From the human T2T-CHM13v2.0 reference genome, Homo sapiens: a stretch of 64,000 bases of DNA. Below the pieces are notes generated by a model that saw only the letters and a program-made list of their open reading frames with translations, did not search any database and had not been told where the DNA came from. The stretch lies in NCBI RefSeq assembly GCF_009914755.1, contig NC_060941.1; one strand, 5' to 3'. Position numbers and translations under genes: made by a program. Positions 27,501 through 41,065 of the stretch are shown here, one piece after another (positions within the stretch are counted from its first letter, which is position 1; the number at the start of each line of letters is the position of its first letter).

Positions 27501-28321
27501 TTTATGTATCTTTGACTGGTTTTGGTATCTACTGGCCATGTAGAATGAGTTTCGCAGTATATCCTCCATCTCTGTGTTTCAGAATGGTTTGCGTAGGATT
27601 GATATTTGTTCTTTAAATGTTTGGTAAAGTTCAGCAGTGAAGTCATTGGGTCCTCGGGTTTTATTTGCTGGGAAGCTTTTTTTTTTTTTTTTTTTTTTCC
27701 CAGCTTCAATCTCATTACTTCCTAGTGGTCTGTTCAGGGTTTGGATTTCCTCATGGTTCAATCTGTCTGAATGTCCTGTTCAGTGCAGAAAGTGGAGTAT
27801 AGAAGTCCTCAGTTATTATTGTATTGGAGTATAGCTCTCTCTTTAGCACTAAAAATATTTGCTTTTTATATCTGGGAGGTCCAGTATTGGGTGCATATAT
27901 GTTTACAATTATTATGTCCTCTTACTGAGTTGACTCTTTATATAATGACCTTCTTTGTTGCTTTTTATGGTTTTTGTCTTAAAATCTATTTTGTCTATAA
28001 TAAAGTATAGCTACTCCTGCACTTTATTAGTTTCCATTTGCATGGCATCCATTTATTTTCAGTCTATATATGTCCTTATGGGTGAAGTGTGTTTCTTGTA
28101 GGTAACAGATCATTGAGTCTTTTTTTGTAATTCACTCAACAACCACTCTCTGTCTTTTGATTGGAGAGTTTAGTTCATTTACATTCAGCCTTATTATTGA
28201 TAAGTAAGGACTTACTGTTGCCATTTTGTTATTTGTTTTCTGGTCATAATGTAGTCTTCTCCTCCTTTCTGTCTTCCTTTTCGTGAAGTTGATTTTTTTC
28301 TGGTGGTCTGCTTTAATTTAT

Positions 28322-28344
28322 TGTGTGTGTGTGTGTGTGTGTGT
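28322..28344. repeat. (TG)n microsatellite
   Basis: Directly visible. Confidence 0.9.
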
Positions 28345-28419
28345 TTTACTTTTTGTGTATCTCTTGTAGGTTTTTTCATCTGAGGTTACCATGAGACTTA
28401 TAATACAAGTAAAATCTTA

Positions 28420-28713
<294 letters not shown>

Positions 28714-31149
28714 AAAACCTTGTATCTCATTATTTTAAACGGATAACAACTTAACAGTGACTGCAAAAACAAAGAGAAAATTAATCAAAATTCTGCACTT
28801 TCACTTAATTGCAATGCTTTTTAACTGTTTGTTGTTTCTATTGATGTCTTATACTGTCTATATCTTGAAAAGTTGTTTTAGTTATTATTTTTGATAGATT
28901 GATCTTCTAGTTTTTCTACTCAAGGTATGAAGAATTTACACACCAAAATTACAATGTTATAATATTCTGTGGGATTTTTGTCTGTGTGTACTTACTATTA
29001 CCAGTAATTTTGTACCTTCATATTATATCTCATTTTATATGAACATCCTTTTCTTTCAGTCTGAAGAACCCCGTATACCATTTCTTGTAGGACAGATTTG
29101 AAGTTGAGGAAATCCCTCAGCTTTTGTTTATCTGGGAAAATCTATACCTCACCTTCACGTTTGAAGCATGTTTTTGCTGGATAGACTATTCTAGGATAAA
29201 AGGTTTTGCCCCTTCAGGACTTTAAATATGTCATGCCACTCTCTTGGCCTGTAAGGTTTCCGTTGAGAAGTGTGCTTCCAGATGTATTGTAGCTCATTTG
29301 TCTGTTATTCCTTTATTTTCTTTTGCTGCTTTTAGGATCCTTTCTTTATCCTTGATCTTTGGAATGTGATTATTAAATTCCTTGAGGTGGTCTTACTTGG
29401 GTTAAATCTGCTTGGTGGTCTGTAACCTTCTTGTCTTTAAATATTGATATCGATCTCTAGGTATAGGAAATTCTCTGTCATAACATTTGAATAATTTTTT
29501 TACCCTGATCTCTAGCTCCTCTTAAAGGCCAATAACACTTAGATTTGCCTTTTTCAGGACTATACAATGCTATACAACTCTAGTTGTTGATAGGACTATA
29601 CAACATTACACAACACTACTCAACTCTAGTTGTATAGGTGTGCTTAATTGTTTTAATTCTTTTTTTGTCTCCTCTCACTTTGTATATTTAAATAGCCTGT
29701 CTTCAAACTCACTAGTTATTTCTTCCACTCGATCATGTCTGCTAAGAGACTCTGATACATTCTTCATTTTGTCAATAGCATTTTCAGCTCCAGAATTTCT
29801 GCTTAATTCTGTTTATTTCAATCTCCTTATTAAAACTGTGTGATAGAATTCTGAATTTCTTCTTTGTGTTATCTTAAATTTCTTTGAGCTTCCTCAAAAC
29901 AGCTATTTTGAATTACCTCCCTGAAAAGTCACATATCTCTGTTTCTCCAGGATTGGTCCCTTATACCTTATTTAGTTCATTTTGAGAGGTCGTATTTCCC
30001 CGGATTGTCTTAATACTTATTGATGTTCTTCTGTGTCTGGGTATTGAAGAATTGGGTATTTATTGTAGTTATAAATGTCTGTGCTTGTTTGTACTCATCC
30101 TTCTTGGGAAGACTTTCCATGTATTCAAAGGAACTTAGGTGTTGTGACCTAAGTCTTTGGCCATTGGCACTGTATCACCTTTAGATGGCACTCCAACCCC
30201 AGTAATGCTGTGGCTCTTGCAGACTCACAGACGTATTGCCTTAAGTGGTCTTGGATAAGATCCAGAATTCCCTGGATTATCAGGCAGAGTCTTGTTCTCT
30301 TCCCTTTCTTTCCGCCAAACAAATGAAGTCTCTCTCTCTGTGCTGAGCTGCCTGGAGGTGGGGGAAGGATGACACAAGCACCCCCGTGGCCACCACCACT
30401 GGTGGTGTTCTGGGTCAGAGCTAAAGCCAGCTCATCATTTGGTCTCTCCCAAGGCTCACAGTGAACACTGCCAGCTACCACCTATGTTCACTTAAGGCAC
30501 AAGGGGCCTACAATCAGCAGGTGGCAAATCCAGGCAGGTTTATGTCTTTCCCTTTAGGATGGTGAGTTTCCTCTGGTCCCAAGTGTGTCTAGAGACACTA
30601 TCCAAAAGCCAGGGCCTAGAATTGGGAACTTTAGGAATCTACCTGGTGCTTTATTCTACTGTAGCAGAACTGGCACAAAAGCCACAAGACAAAGTCCTTC
30701 CCACTCTTATCTCCTATTTATTCAAACAATGAGGTTTCTCCCCATGGTCACTACAGCCCCTAGCCCAATGTAAATAATGGTTGGCTACCACCAATGTTTA
30801 CTCAAGGCCCATGGGCTCTTCAGTCAGCTTGTGGTACATGCTACCATTCCTGAATCTCTCCCTGAAGGGTAGTAGACTCTCTTCTGGCCAAGGGCAGGTC
30901 ACAAAATTTCATGCAGGAACCAAAGCCTGGAATTGAGGACTCCAAGAGCGTGCTTGGTGCTCTACCCCACTGTGGCTGAACTGATAGTCAAGCTGAGTTT
31001 TGGTTCTTATGAAGACGCTTTTTGTGTGAATTTTTATTCAATTTGGTGTTCCTGTGGGGGGTGGGTGGGCACTCACTGGAGGATTTTTCAGTCATCTTGC
31101 TCTGCCCTGTCTCCATTTTCTCTTTTTTCACTTAAAATCATTTGTATCT

Positions 31150-31760
31150 TACATTTTTAATTCCTGGACAATAAGCCATATTTATTTGATATGATTTATT
31201 CAATAATTCTAATTTTGAACTGTCACATTATTTCCAACATTTTTTATTTATATAAAATTATGCAACAAACATTATAGTGCATAAATATTATTGTCAGTTT
31301 ATGAATATCCCCTTAAGATAGATTCCACAAAATGATACATTATGTGAAATGGTATGAATATTTTATGTAGTATTTTGGAAAGGCTAGAAAACGTAGCATC
31401 CCTACCAGTGTTTTATTTTTATCTACATGCAATCAATTTCCATAATATAATTTGGCTAGGCTTTGCTGATATCATAGTTAAAATTTAATCTTATTGTTTT
31501 AATTTGCATTTTGTTGATTACCAGTGAAGCTGAAATTTTCATATATATATATATATAAATTTGCATTTCCTCTGTGGTTTCTTTACCTATTTGACTACAG
31601 AGTGATAGAATTTTCTAATGTCTCAGTAAATCTTTCTAAATAAAGAGGACTAAGCACTTTTGATATTTTTTGAAAAACAATTTTCCTGGCATGTATATAT
31701 TTTTAATAAAAATATACAAATTTTATGTAGCTAAAGCCATTTTGGACATCTTTTATCAGG
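31150..31760 (-). mobile_element. Old L1ME-like fragment
   Basis: cttattgttttaatttgcattttgttgattaccagtgaagctgaaattttcatat. Confidence 0.55.
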
Positions 31761-32559
31761 TCTTTCTTGGACTAACATTACTTTCCTTTTCAATAAACTG
31801 AAAAAGCAGAATGGAAGTACTCAAATTAGACATTAGCAAGATTGGATATCAACCGAGTCTGTGATAAAAACCAAGTCTATAAATATTTTAATTTATAACA
31901 TATAATTGCATATTTATTTGCAAAACTTTTGTACTAGAGTTAATATCTTTGCTTTGAGTCTGAGTCCACTGTTTGGGGTTCCCTATTGTCCTTCTTGCAT
32001 AAATCACACCCAAAATGTATCCTTTTTAATTTGCACACTTGCCTTCTTGATAGAGGGAAAGGAATCTAATGAATATTGTGAAGTAATCAAGTATAGATTT
32101 CTAAGCCTTTAAAATATGTATCTTAGTATTTTATATTGTCGTTTTTAAAAGTTTCATTTAGTTACTTTTTTGTATAAGTCACTGAATTATATATATAAAA
32201 TAATTCTCTTTTGCACTCATATTTCATTTTATTAAACAAAACTCATATACACAGATGTAAGAATAAACCCAAACTGACTCTTGACAAACATACAACTTCA
32301 CTGACAGAAAAGAAAATTTAGTTCTAAAGACTATTCTGCCAATCGTAAGAATTCAGTAAACCTATTTCATAGGAATTAAGTAAAAGATGTCCTGAAAATA
32401 TTAATGTAAGTTTTCCTTCAATAGTTATTATATTACACATGACTCTCCCATTGCTCAGAATTTTAAGTTTGACATTGTAAAGTAATGATGTAAAGTATTA
32501 TATTATATTATAATCTCTAATCGATCATCACCTCTTTGTTCTCTATCTTCAAAATATTT

Positions 32560-33705
32560 TTAGCATGTGAACATTTTATCTCGCCCTCACTGTGACAATC
32601 CCTCAATGATACAAGCCACCATCATCTTTTCCCTGGATTATTGCGACAGCCTTCTAACTAATCTCCCCATTTCTACTCTTGCCCTCTATTTTTCCATCAA
32701 GAAATAAGACATCATTGTTAAACATGTCGAAACACAGCTTTCCTCTGTTCAAAACCATATCATATATCTGAGTAAATTTCTCTAAGTCCCTACATTATTT
32801 TCCATCCTATCCACCTCTCTGCCCTACCAAACATGTCTCTTACCCACCTCTTTTTCACTTGTTCTTTTCCAGATGCACCAGTATCTATTTATTGCTCAAG
32901 TTCTCAAGTGTGAGCTGACCTTTAAGTCTGTTTTATTGTTTTGTCTGATTGAAATGCTTTTCCCCAGATATTGCTAGGTATGTTTACTTATTTTTTTAGG
33001 TTATCATTTAAGGCAGGATAAATAACCCCCATCATCCCCACGGAAATATCCAATACTAATCCCCAGAACTTGCATATAATTTCTATGGTAAAAGTGGCTC
33101 TGCCACTTTTATCAAGGTAAGCTCAGTGGTAATGACAAGGTTCTTATTAGAGGGAGACAGGAAAGTCACATAAGGCTATGTGACTACTGAAGCAGACCGA
33201 TAGGGAGACTGCAAGATGCCATTGTTGGCTTTGGAAAATGAAGGTTGGGTCTGCAAGCAAAGGGATGCAGGTGGCCTTTAGAAGGTAGAAAAGATAAGGA
33301 AGCGGATTTTCCCCTAGAACCTGCTGACCGTTTTGGAACTTCTGATCATCTGAGAAACTGGAAAATAATGCACTTGTGTTTTCTAAAGCTATACATTTTG
33401 TGTTAATTTGTTACAGCACCAGTAGGAAACTAACATACTGTTAAATGTGACTGCAGCAAAGAGGTTCTTAATACTCTATATGAGCGCATTCCTCACCACT
33501 CCACGTAGCACTAACTATCCACTCTATAACTCATTTTATTTTTCTTCAGAGGAGTGATTCCACCACATGTTCTAGAAATACTTTTTGTTTATTGCCTATT
33601 TTACTCTAAAAGCAGGGCCCTTTATTGAAAATCTTTTCTTGCTTTATTATCAGCATTAACACTGGGTCTGGTTAATAGTAGATACTCATTGAATATTGGG
33701 TGAAT
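32560..33705 (+). mobile_element. L2 LINE, interrupted by MLT1D
   Basis: caagccaccatcatcttttccctggattattgcgacagccttctaactaatctccc; 3' end taatagtagatactcattgaatattgggtgaat. Confidence 0.7.
33008..33437 (+). mobile_element. MLT1D-like LTR
   Basis: ctaatccccagaac...gccattgttggctttgg...ggattttcccctagaacc...aatttgttacagcaccagtaggaaactaacata. Confidence 0.75.
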
Positions 33706-35250
33706 ATAATTTCCAGAACAGTTTTATAGGTGAATAAACTTCAATTCAAGGAGTTTTATAAATGTATACAAATGACTTAACCAAAACTTGAGTCCTTGGT
33801 CTTTTTATTTGAAGATTGGTTTTCTTTCACTATATAAAAGCTACCTCACCTCATAATCTATAGCTAGTAAAATCTGAGCAATCATACAAAAATGGTATAT
33901 TTCTATATGAAACTATTCAAGAAAATATATTTTGTTCAGCCACTGCCCCAGTAAGTTCAAGTTCATCTTTCTTCAGTTTCCAGAAGGATTTAAAGGGAAG
34001 AAAAAAACATTATCTGCAGTACTATACTGTGACAGTGACTATGGATGTTCTCATCAAATGCCACCATGGCCTTTACAGGCAATTAACTGAAATGGGGAAT
34101 TTCTGTTCAACATAGGATAGAGACATGGTGCTGGAGATTAAATGCCTGTATCTGCAGTACATTCTGGCATGACTTGGTGGAATTATTATAGAAGTAGCCC
34201 TGGATAATCAAAGGAAGGTCACAGCACATCAGCCTGAATATCCTTCCTGACACACCATCATCAGTCATAAGTGAATGATCTCCCATTCAAGAGAAGCCTC
34301 ACTCCCATACAAGTTAGATTAGATTTATACCACAATATACTGGACAGAGAGGAAGAATAAGTGAACAAAAGAGAAGTAGAAATTAGCCAAGAAAGATGCA
34401 TGGTAGAAAATATTGTCAGAGAGCAGTGAAATTAAAAAGCACTTGGTGAAAATATAGTTTAAGGAGGTGGGATCATAATTTCTAAAAGTTCTGAAAGAAT
34501 AAAATGGAATGACAAAAACTTTCCCATTGTTGCAAGCAAAGAAAACATTAAATTTATCTACAGAGCAGACTTGGAGTAGAGGACCAAAGACTATGATGCT
34601 TTGGGAAAATGTACATTAAGGTGTCTGTTTACCAAGAGTTAGCTGTATCTATTCCAAATCCATATACGCCAGTTTTACTTAATAAGCAGTTTGGTTTAGC
34701 GGAAAGATTTAGTGACAATTTAAACTGGGTTAAAACTCAAATCCTTAGCTATAGGATCTGAATTGTTTGTTTGTTTTGTAACCTCTATAATAGATGTATG
34801 ACTGCATGCTCCAAAGTGTTGCTAAAGTAATTAAATGAGATAAAATATACCTGGCACAATTTTCTGTATCTAGAAGATGATCATTATTGGTTGTTTCATT
34901 GAGGATACCAACAGGAAACTCAGAATTCACTCAATGCAGAGGATGAAGAAAGCTCAATGAAGAGAGAATAATAAAAAATGGAGAAGCATTGCCAATTGCC
35001 ATCTTTCAATTGAAAAAGGAAGAGTTGTAGGCATGTGAAATCCACTATTCTGAAGGAACTGGGCTTTAGCTGAGGAAACACAGCAACTGCTAACTGCAGC
35101 ATGTCAGGAAGGAAACAGGCAAATGAATATCCAATCTTGCTAGACCCCTGACCTTGGACTTTCAGCCTCCGAAACTGTCAGAAATAAATTTTCATTGTTT
35201 ATTTAAAAAATCTACAACTTGTCTATATCGTTAGCCTATATTTCTATTAG

Positions 35251-35407
<157 letters not shown>

Positions 35408-35409
35408 AA

Positions 35410-36320
35410 GGCTACTTTCTTGCTGGTGTGATGAAATGCTAATCCTTCAGAGATTATATACAACACTCCTTCCTTATTTGCATTTTTAATTATATTGTCT
35501 TTTGTTGAAGACAAGCTTTGTTTTTATTTAGTCTAATTTACCTCTTTTCCTTTGTGTCGATGTTTTTCTTCTTCAAGAAAACTTGTTCTATCTTACAAAC
35601 ACATTACTTATGGTTTCATTTTTGGTTTCTCTATTCTGTTTCATTGCCTTTTTCTATAGTCATATCACATAGTTTAAATTAATATAGTGTTATAGTAAAT
35701 GTGGCTATCACAAGATTAAAAAAACTCCCTTTTTTATTTTATTTTTTCAATATGGCCTTAGCTTTACTCTTCCACACATATTTTTATAATCATTTTTAAT
35801 AGCACTCTCCAACAATTTTAGGCATTTTAAATGAACATTCCTAAAACCTGTAGATTAATTTACAGAGAAATTATATAATACATCCCTGTAATATTGAACA
35901 ATCCCAAACGTGAAGTTGGCATGGTTCTCTATTATGTCCTCTTCTATACCTCTTTTTAAAAAAATGCAGTTTGATAATTCGCTCTACAGAATTTTACATA
36001 TATTTGCTTAGTTTTAGTCCTAATATATTAAGAATGAAGAATTGATTTCTGGTTGAGATAAATGCTATTTATTTTAGATACTGCTCTTGTATCTAGCAAC
36101 CTTCCTGTTACAATACTTGAAAACTTAAGTGAACAAAGACAACTCCAAAAAAGAAAAGTATAGGTTAATTTTGCTAATAAATATGAACACAACAATGTTA
36201 TGCACCATTAAAATCCAAGAGTATGTTAAAATAAATAATAGCACATAAATTGGATAAAGGAAGATAGTTTAATATTAGTACATCTCTTAGTGCAACACAT
36301 TATATTAACAAAGTACAAAA
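35410..36320. mobile_element. Old L1M ORF2 fragments (- ~35410-36105, then + ~36120-36320)
   Basis: ggtttctctattctgtttcattg; cctgtagattaatttacagagaaatt; cttgtatctagcaaccttc; then + strand ggaagatagtttaatattag. Confidence 0.5.
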
Positions 36321-36849
36321 CCTGATCCTAGATGTGATTTCTTCCTTTATCTCTTTAGTACTTTGAATGTAAGAAAAAAATTAGATTAAGCTTTTACACT
36401 ATTAATCTTTTAACATTCTTTCTTTATTTCTCATTTATTGATAGCTTAAAATGTGTTTGATTTGTGATTTTTGTCTCAGAGAAGTTCTAAATTATTTTTA
36501 GAGGAATAATTACTACCTGTATAAAGACTACGGACACCTGCAGCTCTCATCTAGCTGGTCTTCATGAGGATTTTCTGTATCTAGCAAAAGGGGCAATCAG
36601 TTAACTTTCATGATATGAATTTCTAGTGAACCTGATATAACATCATCCATACTTTGTCACAACTTGTACCTCCTTGGGAGACCCTTCTATATTATTTGTC
36701 TTAACTGAGAGTGAGAAGAGGAAATCAGGAATATTTGCTTAATCCTCAAACCTCACTGGATCCTTTCAACATTCTAACACTAAAATATTTACTTCAGAAT
36801 AAAAAAGTTTTTTAAAAAGATCTAGTACGTTCACTCCCATTTTATACAC

Positions 36850-37050
36850 TAGACACTCTGCTAATTACTGTATACATGATCTCACTTAACATTCACTTAA
36901 AATCGAAGGGTATGAATGTCAAATGGTTTTAAGGGTAATAAAGACCAGAAAGATTGAGTGGTTATTACATAGTCAAAGTCACTCAGCTTTTGGATGAAGC
37001 TGAGAATGACAGTCATGTCTGTCTGATTTCAAAGTTCAGATTCATTCAAC
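36850..37050 (-). mobile_element. MIR fragment
   Basis: atgatctcacttaacattcac...tcaaagtcactcagct...tctgtctgatttcaaag. Confidence 0.5.
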
Positions 37051-37765
37051 TACATAATTCATTTCAGATATAAGAGAAATATTGATAGCAAAATTCTATT
37101 CAATAATGATATCAAGATAATTCTTGTTTATATTAAGGGCTATATAAACCTAGATACTCGATCATATTTGTTGAATTAAAGAATGTTGAGGCATATTTCA
37201 CCAGTTGACTTGGTACTAATTTATAGACCAAAGCAGAAACAATTAAATTTTACTCCATTTAAAATGTGAAATTCTACTAGATGCCTATAGTATCAACACA
37301 ATATTGAAAAACATATTCAATAATGCCACATAAGCTACAGGAAATTCCTAAGTGTTCTTGGTTATTGTTTAGGGCCTCAGGAGGAAAGGATTTTTTCTCC
37401 AAGGTATTTCCTATGCCTGTTATTGTAGATTGTTAATCATAACTGCAGTAATACAGACACAGAGTCAACTAGACAAAGAGTCAGCACTAACATCTCCCAG
37501 CCAGTCCCATAAGTGACAAAATCAGGAAGTTGTATATTTTGAAATATATGATAGAGAAACAAATTCATAGTGAGGAATACAATTGGGCATCTACACATGC
37601 ACAGCCAAAAACTATGTGTAGTTATTAATGTGTCTTGTGAGAAAGTAAAATCCCATGTCATGATACCATGGGAGAAGATACCATCGAGTACATACAACAT
37701 GAACAGAATGTTTAGAAGGAGGGAATTCTAGATGAGAATTAAAGTCTATCCCTGTGTCTTCCTGG

Positions 37766-37924
37766 GTTTAATTTGCTTTCTTAATAATTAGTATAGGTGA
37801 ACATTTTTGTGTTTGTTGTCTTTGGATATTGCCTTTTCTAAAATATCACGTACAATTTTTTACATTTAATCTTTTTATTTGAAATTATGAATACGTAGTT
37901 GTGCATATTTATGGAGCGCATGTG
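37766..37924. repeat. Left copy of a ~160 bp inverted duplication (partner 41066-41232)
   Basis: Manual alignment to the reverse complement of 41066-41232 gives roughly 85-90% identity, e.g. taggtgaacatttttgtgtttg and tagttgtgcatatttatggagc. Confidence 0.92.
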
Positions 37925-39905
37925 ATATTTGGATACAAGCTTACAATGTGTAATGATCAAATCAGTAAAATTGGAGTATCTGTCACCTCAAGCATTTATC
38001 ATTTCTTTACGTTATGAACATTCCAATTACATGCTTTAAAAAAATGATTCATATAAATTTAGGTGTATAAGTGCAGTTTTGTTCATGGATATATTGCATA
38101 GTGGTGAAGTGTGTGGTTTTAGTGTAACCCTAACCAAACATTGTACATTGTACCTGTTAAGTAATTTCTCCTCCCTTACCCTCCCTTTCCTGGCTGCCTC
38201 CAAGTCTCCAAGTATCCAATGCCTATTATTCTACACTGTATCACTCTATGTCTATGTGTACATTATTCAGTTCCAACTTACAAGTAAGAACATGTGGTAT
38301 TTAACTTTGATTTTCTGAGCTACTTCACTTAAGTTAATGACCTCCAGTCTGTAATTTTCTGTGTTACTTCGCTTAAGAGTGTGCCTCGAATTCCATGCAT
38401 GTTACTGCAGAAGACCAGATTTCATTTTTTTTTACGACATTCCTTTTAATGGCTGTATTACACCACAATGGAATATTACTCAGCCATAAAAATAATGTGA
38501 TAGATACAGAGATACATATATATATAAATTAGTACATATATCCTAGCTATATGTATATGGATGACTACATGAAGAAAATGGGAGATAGAGATATATATAT
38601 CTAAATCTAGATATATATATGTGATATATATATAGATATGTCTATCTAGATACAGATATACATATATCAATATCTAGATATAGATATATGTATCTGTATC
38701 TATCTACAGACATATATCACATTTTCTTTATGCAGTCATCCTTTGATAAGCACTTAGTTTGATTTTATATCTTTGCTATTGTGAATAGTGCTGCTATAAA
38801 CATATGAATGCAGGTATCCATTTTATGTAATGATTTCCTTTATTTTGGGTAGATATTCAGTTGTGGAATTGCTGGATTGAATGGTAGCTTTATTTTTAGT
38901 TCTTCGAGAAATCTCCATGCTGTTTTCTATTGATATTTCACTAATTTACATTCCCACCAACAAACTATGTGCATTCCCTTTTCTCCTTACCTTGCCAACA
39001 TGTTTTTTTAACTTTATAATAATAGCCATTCTGACTGTGTAAGATGGTATCTCGTTGTTTTATTTTCATTTTTCTGATTAGTGAGGTTGAATATTTTTTC
39101 ATATTTTTATTGGCCATTTGTATGTCTTCTTTTGAAAAATGTCTGTTCAAATCCTTTGCCCAGTTTTTAATGGTCTTGTATTTTTGTTGTTGAATTGTGT
39201 GAGTTTCTTGTAGAATCTGGATATTAGTCCCTTGTGGCATGCATAGTTTGCAGTTATTTTTTTCCATTCTAAAAGCTGTCTGTTCATTCTTCTGATAGTT
39301 CCTTTGTGCAAGATCTTTCCAGTTTAATTAAATTTTGTTTGTCTATTTTTGTTTTTGTTATTTGTGCTTTTGAAGTCTTAGTCATGAATTCTTTGCCTAG
39401 GCCAATGCCCAGAGGAGTTTTTCTTAGATATTCTTCTAGTATACAGTTTCATGTCTTGTTAACCCACCTTGAGTTTATTCTTGTATATGGTGAGAAATAT
39501 AGGTCCAGCTTCATTCTTCTGCATATGGCAATCCAATTTTTTCATGTCGATTTATTGAATAGGGTGTCCTTTCCCCAGTGTGTGTTTTGTCAGCTTTGAC
39601 AAATATAGGTTGACTGTAACCATGTGGCTTTATTTCTGAGTTCTTTATTCTGATCCATTGATCTATGTGTCTGTTTTTATACCAGTACCATGCTGTTTTG
39701 GTTACTATAGTCTTGTAGTATAATTTAAAGTCAGGTAATGTGATACCTCTAGCTTTGTTCATTTTTCTCAGGATTGCTTCCACTCTTAATTATTTTGAAA
39801 TATACATTATTTTTAAGTAGAGTTGTCCCGTTGTGCTACTGAACACTACATCTTATTCTCTCTCTCAAATTGTATGTTTGTGCCTGTTATCTACCCTTTT
39901 TATCC
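37872..39905 (-). mobile_element. Short L1MA 3' end (37872-38035 and 39783-39905), split by a younger L1
   Basis: gtgcatatttatggagcgcatgtgatatttggatacaagcttacaatgtgtaatgatcaaatcag; resumes at cactcttaattattttgaaatatac. Confidence 0.75.
38045..39782 (-). mobile_element. 5'-truncated L1PB-like element
   Basis: 3' UTR gtgcagttttgttcatggatatattgcatagtggtgaagt; ORF2 remnant (minus ORF 39511-39783 ...[31 protein letters not shown]). Confidence 0.88.
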
Positions 39906-39919
39906 TCTCTCCTCACTTT

Positions 39920-40194
39920 TGCCTTCTTTTGTATTGACTTGTATATTTTAAAACTTAAGTTGAAGGAGTTATTACTATATTCTGGATATTTTACTTTATA
40001 CATGATGTTAATTTTTCTACCCACCTTATCATTTGCTTTTATAGTGTTTAATGTGTTTTTAATAGACAGGGGTCTGAATTTTCATGCAGTATTATTTATC
40101 AAGTATTTTTAATGGGTAGTACTATTGTATAGTAGATCATAAAGATGCTTTCCAGTTTTTTTTCCAGAATATTACTCTGTATGTCATATATGTG

Positions 40195-40230
<36 letters not shown>

Positions 40231-40390
40231 TTAACTTTTTATACTTAATATTATGGTCCATTCACAATTGATTTTTGTTTATAGAATGACTTTTACTTAC
40301 AGAATGATTTTTATTTACAGAATGTCGTGAGTCATTCTTTTCCCATTGGAATATCCAAGTAACCCAGAAACTTGATTGAAAAGATGACTC
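39920..40390 (-). mobile_element. Old L1ME ORF2 fragment (inverted half), containing (TG)n at ~40197-40227
   Basis: gaaggagttattactatattctggatatt; ggtccattcacaattgatttttgtttatag; gaatatccaagtaacccagaaacttgattgaaaag. Confidence 0.6.
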
Positions 40391-41065
40391 ATAAATTATC
40401 ACATTGGAGATTCATTTTTCTCATCAGTTGAAGTAACAATTTTCAAAGCAAAATTTAAGCTACATTTAAAAAAAGCAATAAAATATTTATGTTTTATTTT
40501 AAATAAGCTGAGGATTATTTCTCTGCATAGTGTGCATTAGTTTAATTCATTTGACATGAAAAAAGTTCATTATGTTAAATTCTAGACGCTGTATGAGACA
40601 AACCATATTTAACAATTTACTGGTTCATAATATTGGTCAATTAAAGACTGACAAGTGTCCCTGAATGGGAAGCTTCAAAGAAATACTGCTCAGAAAACTT
40701 GTCTAAGGGCTGTCATTGGAATTATATGCCACTGTAGTTAGTGCAAGTTATGTAGTTTCTCCAGTTGTAGCACAAAATAAAACCCATCTTTAATCAGAGA
40801 AAATAATACTTAAATGTGCTCATGAATATTTATTTCAGTAATGGAAGAAGTATAATTTTTTACATGGTGAGTTTTCATAACAACAGTACATATTTTTCCT
40901 GAATTGAATTTTTTGCAAAATATTTGCTAACCACTATGGCACAATAAATAAAATTTCAATAAAAGGACTTATTGGAATAATATTTATATATACAATAAAT
41001 AATCATTAACCAAATAATACTTTGTTTTTTATTTATTCATCTTATTTTTTTTTTATTTTATGGAG

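Noticed and set aside
36535-36735. Minus-strand polypyrimidine tract plus CAG (ttcctcttctcactctcag) as a possible splice acceptor and exon
   Set aside because: No open frame or strong matching donor, and such motifs arise by chance in 64 kb. It would need RNA-seq evidence.
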